Below, in pieces: positions 6,418 through 14,753 of a stretch of DNA of 64,000 bases. Numbering within the stretch: the stretch's first letter is position 1; every line of letters starts with the position of its first letter. The position numbers and the translations under genes are program-made. Under the pieces are notes generated by a model, which was not told the DNA's origin, made no database searches, and saw only the letters and a program-made list of their open reading frames with translations. The DNA comes from Acidobacteriota bacterium (GTDB lineage Bacteria > Acidobacteriota > Vicinamibacteria > Marinacidobacterales > Marinacidobacteraceae), in assembly GCA_028877265.1 (NCBI GenBank), contig JAPPGX010000191.1, positions 66,144-130,143 of the forward strand, given 5' to 3'.

Positions 6418-8862
6418 CTAGTGGAACCGCAGCGCGTAGCTCAGCCGGAACCCGCGACCCATCTCGGGGGCCCGGTCCTTGATGTACGACGTGTGGTTGC
6501 GATAGAGCTCGTTCGTCAGGTTGTAGCCCGAGAACGACAGGATGTGGGACAGGTGCTGCCGCGGCCAGACGTACGAGCCGCGCACGTTGACGACGGCATA
6601 GCCGTCGGTTTCGGTCTCGCCGCGGAACCCGTCGGTCTGCCGTCCCGCAAACTCCACCTGCGGGCTCAGCGTGAACCCGCCGTAGAGGATGTCGAGTTTC
6701 ACCGAGCCTCGGAGCGGCGGAATCCGCGGCAGCGCTTCATCGTTCGCTGTCAGCCGCGCGTCCACGTAGCCGATCCCGAGGGTCAACCAGGTCCGTCCGA
6801 CGAGCCGGGCGCCGGCCTCGGCGTCGAATCCGGCGAAGCGGCTGTCGCCCTGCAGGATGTCGAACACCGGCAGGTTGTCGATGACCGCATCCCTGCGGCT
6901 GCCGAAGATGAAGTTGTCGATCTCGTACGTGAAGAAGTTCAGGTCGCCACGGGTGCGGACCCCCCGGTGCCGCAGGCTCACGTCCAGTCCGATGGTGGAC
7001 TCGGCGTCGAGGTCCGGGTTGCCGATGTCGAACGAGAACGTGCCGGCGTGGGCGCCGAAGTTGTACAGCTCCTCGATGGCCGGGGCGCGGTGGGAGCGCG
7101 TCAGGTTGGCCACCAGCGCGTTTCCGGCGCCGAGATCCGCGTGGACTCCGACCGACGCCGACAGACCCGCGAAGCTGCGGTCGCGCACGTCGGGCGCCTC
7201 GGGCCGAGGCTCTTCCTCCTCGTGCCCGTGCTCCTCGTGTCCATGCTCCTCGTGCCCATGTTCCTCGTGCCCGTGCTCCTCTTCGTGCCCGTGCTCCTCT
7301 TCGTGCCCGGCTCCACTGCTCCGCGCCGCCACGGCGTAGTCATCGCGGTCGATCCGGGCGCCGAACTGCACTCGAAACCGCCCGAAGGTCAGTTCTTCGT
7401 AGGCGAAGGCCGCGAAGGAGCTCAGGTCGGTCCGCGGCGCCAGCGCCTCGGCTCCGGCCGCCTCGAAGTCCCGCACCTGCGCCCAGGCGCCGAATCTCCC
7501 CGACAGACGCTCCGTCTGCCGCTGGTCCACGTCGGCCCGGAAGATGTAGACCTGGTTGTCGTAGCGCGTGCCCACGCGCTCCTGCCCGGCCTCGGTCTCC
7601 AGCTCGTCATGTCCCCAGTCCACGACGCTCAGGCTGAGCCGTCCTCCCTCGATGACGCTGTTGTCGAGGTCCCTCACCCCGAAGTCGAAGCGCCCGGCGC
7701 GACGCTGCCAGTCGAGTTCGATATCGGTCGTGCCATGCATTTCCTCCTCGTGCTCGCCTTCGTGCTCGTCATGATGTTCGTCTTCGTGTCCGCCGTGCTC
7801 GTCTCCGTGGTCATCGTGGTGCACGTGGAACTCGCCGACGATCGGAACTCCATAGCGGCCGTCGTTCACCGTCACGCCGGCGCTGGTGAAGAACCGTTCG
7901 CCGGTCCAGCCGAGCCCGGCCTGCGCATGGGTCGCCTCGGTCGCGGAATTCTCGACGACCCCCGCGGGCGTGTCGTAGTCCTCCGTCCGCCGCGTGCTGC
8001 CGGAGGCCCAGTAGTGGACTCCGTTCTGCTGTGCGTGCTGCACGCTGACGTTCCCGCCCGCCTGCGCGTTCGGACTCCCCACGTCGGCGCTCAACTGCGC
8101 CCGCGTGCCTTCCGTCGGCGACGCCCGGTAGCTCTCCTGGGGCGTGATCACGTTGACGAGCCCGCCGACCGCGTTGGAGCCGTATAGCAATGTCGCCGGC
8201 CCGCGGACGATCTCGACGCGTTCCACGCCGTTGGGGTCGATGGCGACGCCATGGTCGCCGGACTCGCTCGACAGGTCTCCGGTGCGGACGCCGTCCTCCA
8301 GGATCATGACCCGGTCGCCGTCGAAGCCGCGGATGATCGGCCGGTTCGCTCCGGGACCGAAGCCGCGCACCGCAATGCCGGGCTCGTTCCGCAGGGCGTC
8401 GGCGAGATTCGTGGCCGACTCCTTGGCGATATCGAACGAGTCCATGGTGGTGACCGCGTTGAATGCCTCGAGCGCGGTCTCGGTGCCGTCCACCGAGGCG
8501 GTCACTGTCACGTCCTCGCGAACGGGTGAGAGACTGAGTTCGAAGTCCACCGTCGCCGTCCCGCCCGGAAGGACGGTGACCGTCTGCCGTCCCGCGGTGA
8601 GGAGCTCGCGTTGCGCGAGGACGTCGTAGGAGCCGGCCGGCACGCCGGCGATCGCGAACCTTCCCTGTCCGTCGGTCAACGCGAATTTGCCCGTGCCCAC
8701 GAAGAGGACGACCGCGCCGTGAACGGGGCCGTACTCCTCAAGAGTCACGGTGCCGCGAACCGCGCCGGTCTCCTGCGCCGCCACCGGCGCAGTCCCGAAG
8801 GCCGCCAGCAGGCCGGCTGCCAGGAAACAAGTCAGAAAAGAAGTGAATTTGGATCGGTACAT
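6418..8862 (-). CDS. TonB-dependent outer-membrane receptor with an N-terminal CarboxypepD_reg domain and two His/Glu-rich insertions
   Basis: A signal peptide is followed by 'GAVRGTVTLEE...GAVVLFVGTG...TDGQGRFAIAGVPAGSYDV', a carboxypeptidase-regulatory fold. The plug region reads 'IVRGPATLLYGSNAVGGLVNVIT'. The C terminus ends in the aromatic 'LSYALRFH'. GGGAGGA lies upstream of the ATG at 8862. Confidence 0.85.
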   Translation of the reverse strand: MYRSKFTSFLTCFLAAGLLAAFGTAPVAAQETGAVRGTVTLEEYGPVHGAVVLFVGTGKFALTDGQGRFAIAGVPAGSYDVLAQRELLTAGRQTVTVLPGGTATVDFELSLSPVREDVTVTASVDGTETALEAFNAVTTMDSFDIAKESATNLADALRNEPGIAVRGFGPGANRPIIRGFDGDRVMILEDGVRTGDLSSESGDHGVAIDPNGVERVEIVRGPATLLYGSNAVGGLVNVITPQESYRASPTEGTRAQLSADVGSPNAQAGGNVSVQHAQQNGVHYWASGSTRRTEDYDTPAGVVENSATEATHAQAGLGWTGERFFTSAGVTVNDGRYGVPIVGEFHVHHDDHGDEHGGHEDEHHDEHEGEHEEEMHGTTDIELDWQRRAGRFDFGVRDLDNSVIEGGRLSLSVVDWGHDELETEAGQERVGTRYDNQVYIFRADVDQRQTERLSGRFGAWAQVRDFEAAGAEALAPRTDLSSFAAFAYEELTFGRFRVQFGARIDRDDYAVAARSSGAGHEEEHGHEEEHGHEEHGHEEHGHEEHGHEEEEPRPEAPDVRDRSFAGLSASVGVHADLGAGNALVANLTRSHRAPAIEELYNFGAHAGTFSFDIGNPDLDAESTIGLDVSLRHRGVRTRGDLNFFTYEIDNFIFGSRRDAVIDNLPVFDILQGDSRFAGFDAEAGARLVGRTWLTLGIGYVDARLTANDEALPRIPPLRGSVKLDILYGGFTLSPQVEFAGRQTDGFRGETETDGYAVVNVRGSYVWPRQHLSHILSFSGYNLTNELYRNHTSYIKDRAPEMGRGFRLSYALRFH
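7210..7305 (-). repeat. In-frame tandem repeat inside the TonB receptor: four 15-nt units plus two 18-nt units encoding (HGHEE)4(HGHEEE)2
   Basis: The plus strand reads ctcctcgtgcccgtg / ctcctcgtgtccatg / ctcctcgtgcccatg / ttcctcgtgcccgtg / ctcctcttcgtgcccgtg / ctcctcttcgtgcccgg. The translated tract is GAGHEEEHGHEEEHGHEEHGHEEHGHEEHGHEEEE. Confidence 0.9.
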
Positions 8863-9067
8863 GGTTTGTCCTCCCGATTGCCTGCCCTCGGCAAGACGGT
8901 TCCGGCAGATGCCGTGCGTACCGCGGCGAACCTCGTTCTGAGGGCGTCCCGAACGGGGTCGGGGAACGCGGTGGCCGCGGGGGGACGCGCCCGGTCAGGC
9001 GACCGCTGGCGCGCGCCGGCCCGACGCCCGCCGCTTGGCGGCGGACGAGCACGGCGTGTTCTCGGAA

Positions 9068-9370
9068 CTACGCGGGAGGAGCGCGGGCGGGCTGGCGAAG
9101 GTAGAGCCGGGATCGGACCCGGACGACCTCGCGCGCTCGTTCAGGCGGATCCGCAGCATCGGCGAAGCCGATCTGCAACGAGCCGGAGAGCTCGGTGGCG
9201 GGCTGGTGTGGAGTCTGGCAGACCGCGCAGTGCTCATCGACGGAGTGCTCTTCGTGACAGAAGACCTCCGCCGCGGCGGCACCGGCCACCACCAACACCA
9301 GGAGAGCGATCCAGGCGCTCCAGCCAAGGCTGCGCCGGGCGAGCCTCGGGTGCGCGGTTCCTCGTCGCAT
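9068..9370 (-). CDS. Candidate small membrane-anchored Cys/His-motif protein (hypothetical, DUF2946-like in appearance)
   Basis: This 100-aa ORF has one N-terminal TM/signal anchor (WSAWIALLVLVVAGAAAA) followed by 'CHEEHSVDEHCAVCQTPH'. It lies upstream of, and on the same strand as, the His-rich TonB receptor. I did not check for an RBS, and the C-terminal half is low complexity. Confidence 0.35.
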   Translation of the reverse strand: MRRGTAHPRLARRSLGWSAWIALLVLVVAGAAAAEVFCHEEHSVDEHCAVCQTPHQPATELSGSLQIGFADAADPPERAREVVRVRSRLYLRQPARAPPA

Positions 9371-9572
9371 TGCTGTCGAATCGAACGGGCCAGTATACGG
9401 GCGACGAGTGTTTGCCGTAAGCCTCGTTTCGCCTCCGTCCCTGGATCATCGGTCTTCCACGTCCGGCCAAGACGCCACGCAGAACGCCTCGCAAAGGCGC
9501 AATTCGGCCGGGATCCATCTCCCGTCGGGCGCCGCCTGGGTTCTTGCCACGGGCTGCTAACGTCCACTCAAC

Positions 9573-12500
9573 ATGCTGGACCGACTCTCCGCCTGTCTCA
9601 CATTGCATCTGGTTTCCGGGTTTCTGGTGATTCCCTCGGGAGCGGCAATCGCGCAGCCCGTCCCGGTGGACTCCTCGCAGCTTGGCGGTCTCCAGTGGCG
9701 CACCATCGGGCCCGACGGGAACCGGCTGAGCGCCGCCGCTGGCGAGTGGGGCAACCCCGATGTCATCTACTTCGGCGCCGCGTCCGGGGGGATCTGGAAG
9801 ACCAGCGACCGGGGCGTCGCCTGGGAGCCGGTCTTCGACGACCAGGAGGCGGCTTCGATCAGCGCGCTCGCCGTTTCACCGTCCCATCCCGGCCAGGTGT
9901 GGGCCGGGACCGGCGAGACCTTCATCATCCGGCCGGCGCTCGCGATGGGGAACGGCATCTACCGTTCCACCGACGGCGGGCGGTCCTTCCATCACCGGGG
10001 CCTCGAGGCAACCGGGCGCATCGCCCGCATCCTGGTCCATCCCGAGGACCCGGACCTCGTCTACGCCTGCGCCCTGGGCCACTCCTATGCGCCGCAGCCG
10101 GAGCGCGGGGTCTATCGGACGCGGGACGGAGGCGCGAACTGGGACCTGGTGCTCCATGTGGACGAAGACACCGGTTGTTCCGACCTGGCGATGGACCTCC
10201 GCCATCCCGAGCGGCTGCTGGCCGGGATGTGGCAGCTCCAGATCGACACCGGCGGGCTCCGGAGCGGGGGGCCGGGCAGCGGGCTCTACCGCTCGCGCGA
10301 CGGGGGCGACTCCTGGGAACGAATTTCGGGCGCGAAGTCCGATTCCGCCGGAGGCCGGGGCCTGCCCGGCGGCGAAGACCATCCCATCGGCAAGGTCGCC
10401 GTGGGGATCGCCCCGAGCGACCCCGACCGCTGGTACGCCCTGATCGAGGACGAGAGTCCGGGCTTCTACCGCTCCGACGACGGCGGCGATTCCTGGCGCC
10501 TCATGATGACCCACCACGATCTCGCCGAACGGGCGCCCTACTACGTCCGGATCGCCGTGGATTCCGCGGACGCCAACCGCGTCTATTTCGCCTCGGTGCT
10601 CTTCAGTACCACCGTGGACGGCGGCCGCACGTTGATCGAGACCTCCTACCGCGCCGGCGGCGACAACCACGACGTCTGGGTGGATCCCTGGATGCCGGAG
10701 CGCATCCTGGTCGGGCACGACGGGGGCGGCAGCATCTCCGAGAACCGCGGCGCGAGCTGGCGCCGGGTCGTACCGCCGGTGGCCCAGATGTACCACGTCA
10801 CCGTGGACGACCGGATCCCCTACCGCGTCTACGGGAACCGCCAGGACGGCTACTCCTACCGGGGCCCCAGCCGGACCCCCGGCGGCGGAATCCCGCTCGG
10901 ACTCTGGGAGGGGGTCGGGGGCTGCGAGAGCGGCTGGGCTACCCCCGAACCCCACGACGACAACGTGGTCTGGTCGGGGTGTTACGACGGCGGGCTCGAG
11001 ATCTACGACGACCGCACGGGACACGTCCGTGACATCCGGGTCTGGCCGGAGGCGGGCTACGGCTGGGCGCCCGCGGACCTGAAGGTGCGCTGGCACTGGA
11101 ACTTCCCGATGGTCCTGTCGCGCCACGAACCGGGGACCACCTGGGTCGGCAGCCAGTTCGTGCACAAGAGCACGAACCGGGGCCAGTCGTGGGAGACCAT
11201 CAGCCCCGACCTGACCACGAACGACAAGTCGCGCCAGCAGGACTCCGGCGGCATCACCGTCGACAACCTCTACACCTTCGACGGCTCGGTGCTCTTCGCG
11301 CTCGCCGAGTCACCGGTCCAGGCGGGCCAGCTCTGGGCCGGAAGCGTGGACGGGAAGGTCCACGTCACCACCGACGGCGGGGAGACCTGGCTCGACCGCA
11401 GCGGGAACGTGCCGGAGCTCGACCAGGACGCCTGGATCAAGTTCATCGAGCCCTCGCACCACGATCCGGAGACCGCCTACCTGGCGGTGAGCTGGCACCA
11501 GTCGGGCGACTTCCGGCCGCACGTCTACCGCACCCGGAATCTCGGGGAGAGCTGGGAGCGCATCAGCGGCGGAATCCCCGAGTCCCCGTTCTCGTTCGTC
11601 CACGTGGTGCGGGAGGACCCGGGCCGCGCCGGCATCCTCTTCGCCGGCACCGACAACAAGGTCTGGGCCAGCCTCGACGACGGCGAATCCTGGTTCTCCC
11701 TCCAGCTCGACATGCCGCCGGCGCCCATCTACGGGATGGTCATCCAGGAACGCTTCCAGGACCTGGTGGTCGCGACCTACGGCCGCGGCTTCTACATCCT
11801 GGACGGTATCGGTCCGCTTCGGGATCTCGCCGAGGCGTCGAACGATCCGCTCCGGGTCTTCGATTCGCCGACCGCGTGGCGGTTCCTGCCGCGGCAGAGC
11901 ATCAAGTCGGAGCCGGGCAGCCTGGTGACCGGCCGGAACGCTCCCTATGGCGCTCCCATCTCCTGGTGGCTCGACGAGGATGCAGCTTCCGATCGGGCCG
12001 AAATCGCGATCGTGAACGCCGCAGGGGAGACCGTGCGAACGCTTCGCGGTCCCGGAGCCGCCGGGCTTTCACGGGTGTACTGGGACCTCCGCGGTGATAC
12101 CCCCGACCGGGCCACCCTCCGGACCCGGCCTCCCGACCGGGACTGGGTGGAAATGGGCGAGGACGGGCAGCGCCGGATCCGCACGTGGGACCTCGACATC
12201 TTCCCCGGTTACCGCGGTCTGCTTCAGCCACCCGGGTCCTACACTGCGCGGGTCACGGTGGGGGAGCACGCCGCGGAGACCACCCTGCGGGTGGAGGTCG
12301 ATCCCGCATCCGCCGCCACCCCCGACGACATCGGGGAGAAGTACGCGTTCCTGAACGCCATCCACGACCAGTTGAACGAACTGGCGGAGATGGTGGACGA
12401 GCTGGAGTGGGTGCGCCGCGAGATCGAGGGGCTCCGGGAGCGCCACGCCGGCGACGAGCGGTTCACCGCGCTGCTCGAAAGTGCGGGTGAGATCGCCGGC

Positions 12501-12791
12501 ACCGCGATCGCCATCGAGGGAAGGTTCTTCGACGTGGGGCTCACCGGAGCCCGCGAGGACGCTTTCCGGGCGCCGATGCGGCTCTACGGCCGCCTTGGCG
12601 CGCTCGCGAACGACGCCGGCTGGGACGGCGCCGACTTCGCGCCCACCGACCAGCAGCGCGAAGTCCACCGGGTTCTCACGGAGCGGTTCGAAACGGCCCG
12701 CGGGGAATACCGCCGGTTGATGGACGAACAGCTTCCGCCATTCTGGCGGGCGCTCGCCGAGGCGCGCGCAGGAGACGGCGGTCCGGATTAA
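9573..12791 (+). CDS. Secreted VPS10/sortilin-like BNR (Asp-box) repeat protein, the type often annotated as a glycosyl hydrolase
   Basis: The protein is 1072 aa with a signal-like N terminus. It carries repeated Asp-box motifs: 'WKTSDRGVAW', 'YRSTDGGRSF', 'YRTRDGGANW', 'YRSRDGGDSW', 'YRSDDGGDSW', 'TTDGGETW' and 'SLDDGESW'. Confidence 0.8.
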   Translation: MLDRLSACLTLHLVSGFLVIPSGAAIAQPVPVDSSQLGGLQWRTIGPDGNRLSAAAGEWGNPDVIYFGAASGGIWKTSDRGVAWEPVFDDQEAASISALAVSPSHPGQVWAGTGETFIIRPALAMGNGIYRSTDGGRSFHHRGLEATGRIARILVHPEDPDLVYACALGHSYAPQPERGVYRTRDGGANWDLVLHVDEDTGCSDLAMDLRHPERLLAGMWQLQIDTGGLRSGGPGSGLYRSRDGGDSWERISGAKSDSAGGRGLPGGEDHPIGKVAVGIAPSDPDRWYALIEDESPGFYRSDDGGDSWRLMMTHHDLAERAPYYVRIAVDSADANRVYFASVLFSTTVDGGRTLIETSYRAGGDNHDVWVDPWMPERILVGHDGGGSISENRGASWRRVVPPVAQMYHVTVDDRIPYRVYGNRQDGYSYRGPSRTPGGGIPLGLWEGVGGCESGWATPEPHDDNVVWSGCYDGGLEIYDDRTGHVRDIRVWPEAGYGWAPADLKVRWHWNFPMVLSRHEPGTTWVGSQFVHKSTNRGQSWETISPDLTTNDKSRQQDSGGITVDNLYTFDGSVLFALAESPVQAGQLWAGSVDGKVHVTTDGGETWLDRSGNVPELDQDAWIKFIEPSHHDPETAYLAVSWHQSGDFRPHVYRTRNLGESWERISGGIPESPFSFVHVVREDPGRAGILFAGTDNKVWASLDDGESWFSLQLDMPPAPIYGMVIQERFQDLVVATYGRGFYILDGIGPLRDLAEASNDPLRVFDSPTAWRFLPRQSIKSEPGSLVTGRNAPYGAPISWWLDEDAASDRAEIAIVNAAGETVRTLRGPGAAGLSRVYWDLRGDTPDRATLRTRPPDRDWVEMGEDGQRRIRTWDLDIFPGYRGLLQPPGSYTARVTVGEHAAETTLRVEVDPASAATPDDIGEKYAFLNAIHDQLNELAEMVDELEWVRREIEGLRERHAGDERFTALLESAGEIAGTAIAIEGRFFDVGLTGAREDAFRAPMRLYGRLGALANDAGWDGADFAPTDQQREVHRVLTERFETARGEYRRLMDEQLPPFWRALAEARAGDGGPD

Positions 12792-14518
12792 TGAGCGAAG
12801 AGCGCTCCCGTTTCGGATCCCGGAATCTCCTGGCGGGGGTCGCGCTGGCTGCCTACGGCTGGTTCGCCGCCGCCTACGGGCCCGACGGCTCGTTCCCCGG
12901 ATCGGACTTCGGTTCGCTCGCCTACGGACTCTCCCGGCAGGGCCTCTGGTTTCTTCCCATCGGGATCCTCATCCCGCTGGTGCTGCCCCGGATGCGAGGC
13001 GTCCTCACCGGTTTCTTCCTGGTTCTGTTTCCGTCGCTGTTGATCGGAGCCGTAATGACCGCGCTCGTGGTCGCGGCTCCGGACGCCGCTCCCTGGTTGG
13101 TGCTGGAGAGCTTCGACTTTCCGGAAGTGGCAACGCTGCTCGCGCCGTTGACCGGAATGTTCGTCGGCGCGCTGTTCGGCGCCGTCATCGCGCGGGGGCC
13201 CGGCTCGGCGCTGGTCCTCATTCCGGTGCTGGTCGCCATCGCCGCGGTCCTCCTCGCGAGCGTCGCCGTGCTGCTCCTGCTGATCACCGACCGGGTTGCG
13301 GTGACGGATCCCATCGGGCCTCCCGGGTCTCCGGACGGCCAGTACCGCGACGCCTTCGCCGACTTCTATCGGGACGGAGCGCCCGGCTCGCAGGCGGCGC
13401 TGAACGCGGCCACCTTCGCCGCCGGCTTTCGCCTGGCGCTTGCCGCCGTGGGCGTGGACCCGGGCGTGCGGCTCCACGCGGCCCCGGCCGGCGATGCGAT
13501 GGAAATCGCCGGCTCGATGCCGATTGCCCTTCCCGCGTTCGGCGGGCGTTTCCTGAACATCGCGGCGACCGCGGCGCCGACCGTCGAGGACGGCGAGTTC
13601 CGGGCCGCGTTCCGGTCCGTCCGGGTTGGAGGCATCGAGGCGCCGGCCGTGCTCGTCCGGTCCTCGTCCCGGATCCTCTCACGCTGGCTGCGCGGGAACA
13701 CTGCGGTGGCGGCGCTGCTGGCGCCCTTCGATGAGGTCCGGGTTGCGGACTCGACGATCGTGGTGCGCTGGCGGGAGAGGGAGGACACGGGTGCGGGAGT
13801 CCATTCGCGGGTGGGCGGTTACCTGACGCTGCTCGTCCGGGACGCCGATCTTCTCCGGGAGCAACCGGACCGGACCTCCGCGGTGCTCAGGCGCACGTTC
13901 GCGCTCGCCGCCGTCCGTTCGGTGGGGGGCGACCCGCTGGCCGAGAACCGGGCCGCCCTGCTCGCCCTCGGGGGGGCGTTCGGACATCCCTCGCTGCTCG
14001 ACCTGGCGCGCGTGCCCGGTGGAGGGGAGGAAGCGCGAGGACTCCTGGACCGCCTGCCGCTCAGTCTGCACGGGCGTCGCGACTGGGCGCGCCATTTCTT
14101 CCTGAGCGCCGGCATGGTGCAGGTGGCGCCCGACGGCGTTTCGGGCGGGGCCGGGCTCTTGAAGGAACAACTCGACGCCGCGGAGGGCGGGACCGGGTTT
14201 TCCTTTGCCGACCTGTTGATGGACGAGGCGGGGACCCGCTTCGGGCTCACCGCGACCGGCGATGTGGCGCGGGCGCGCTGGATGCAGGTGCGGCTCGCCA
14301 ACGGCGTCCGGGAAGACGACCTCGCGCCGACCGATGCCGGGTTGCCCGAAGGGCTCAGCGCCGCGCGGCTGGAAGCCGAATTCGGCGGGGTGGGGGGCGA
14401 GGGCTTCCGGGACGTCGAGGCGGAGATCGTGCGCCTGGTGGACGCCCTGCCGCTCTACCGGATGCAGATTCCGGGGGCGCCGGCCGGCATCGCTCCTCCT
14501 TCGGGTACCCTGCCTTAG
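12791..14518 (+). CDS. Hypothetical membrane protein with about 5-6 N-terminal TM helices and a roughly 400-aa soluble domain
   Basis: The ATG at 12791 overlaps the upstream TAA as TAATG. The N-terminal third is hydrophobic. The C-terminal block 'HGRRDWARHFFLSAGM...GGTGFSFADLLMDEAGTRFG' was not assignable by eye. Confidence 0.6.
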   Translation: MSEERSRFGSRNLLAGVALAAYGWFAAAYGPDGSFPGSDFGSLAYGLSRQGLWFLPIGILIPLVLPRMRGVLTGFFLVLFPSLLIGAVMTALVVAAPDAAPWLVLESFDFPEVATLLAPLTGMFVGALFGAVIARGPGSALVLIPVLVAIAAVLLASVAVLLLLITDRVAVTDPIGPPGSPDGQYRDAFADFYRDGAPGSQAALNAATFAAGFRLALAAVGVDPGVRLHAAPAGDAMEIAGSMPIALPAFGGRFLNIAATAAPTVEDGEFRAAFRSVRVGGIEAPAVLVRSSSRILSRWLRGNTAVAALLAPFDEVRVADSTIVVRWREREDTGAGVHSRVGGYLTLLVRDADLLREQPDRTSAVLRRTFALAAVRSVGGDPLAENRAALLALGGAFGHPSLLDLARVPGGGEEARGLLDRLPLSLHGRRDWARHFFLSAGMVQVAPDGVSGGAGLLKEQLDAAEGGTGFSFADLLMDEAGTRFGLTATGDVARARWMQVRLANGVREDDLAPTDAGLPEGLSAARLEAEFGGVGGEGFRDVEAEIVRLVDALPLYRMQIPGAPAGIAPPSGTLP

Positions 14519-14701
14519 CAGCCTGTGGACAAAGTCACGCGGCATTCGAACGCCGATGCATCCCGCCTGAACCGCGCCTCTACGAGGCGCTCTGCGTTGC
14601 GTTTCGGTCGGAATACACTCGGTATTCCTCCCTCACGCGCCTGGTCAGCCGGGCGCCTCGGCGTTCTCGGTACTCACGTCACTTCATCCACAGGCTGCTA
14701 A
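14515..14701. repeat. A 187-bp element bounded by 15-bp perfect inverted repeats (21 bp with 2 mismatches) with internal hairpins
   Basis: TTAGCAGCCTGTGGA at 14515-14529 is the reverse complement of TCCACAGGCTGCTAA at 14687-14701. Internal hairpins are gcgcctc-tac-gaggcgc (14574-14590) and ggaatac-actcg-gtattcc (14610-14628). Confidence 0.8.
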
Positions 14702-14753
14702 ACGCCATGAGGCTGATCGATCGAGCGCACCTCCCGGGAGACCGGGACCGCTG

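Noticed and set aside
7210-7305. Regular 15/18-nt repeats that might have been a mini CRISPR-like or microsatellite locus.
   Set aside because: The units are contiguous with no spacers. They are in frame and translate to the HGHEE tract of the TonB receptor, so this is a coding tandem repeat.
8995-9567. A 190-aa minus-strand ORF and the 665-aa plus-strand ORF (9035-11032), both overlapping the small Cys/His ORF and the start of the VPS10/BNR gene.
   Set aside because: Both translate to Arg/Pro/Gly-rich low-complexity sequence. The plus-strand ORF is out of frame with the well-supported BNR gene.
14574-14590. The hairpin gcgcctc-tac-gaggcgc as an intrinsic terminator of the 12791-14518 gene.
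   Set aside because: The stem is only 7 bp with a 3-nt loop, and the downstream tract (TCTGCGTTGCGTTTCGG) is not a clean U-run. It is mentioned only as part of the inverted-repeat element rather than called as a terminator.
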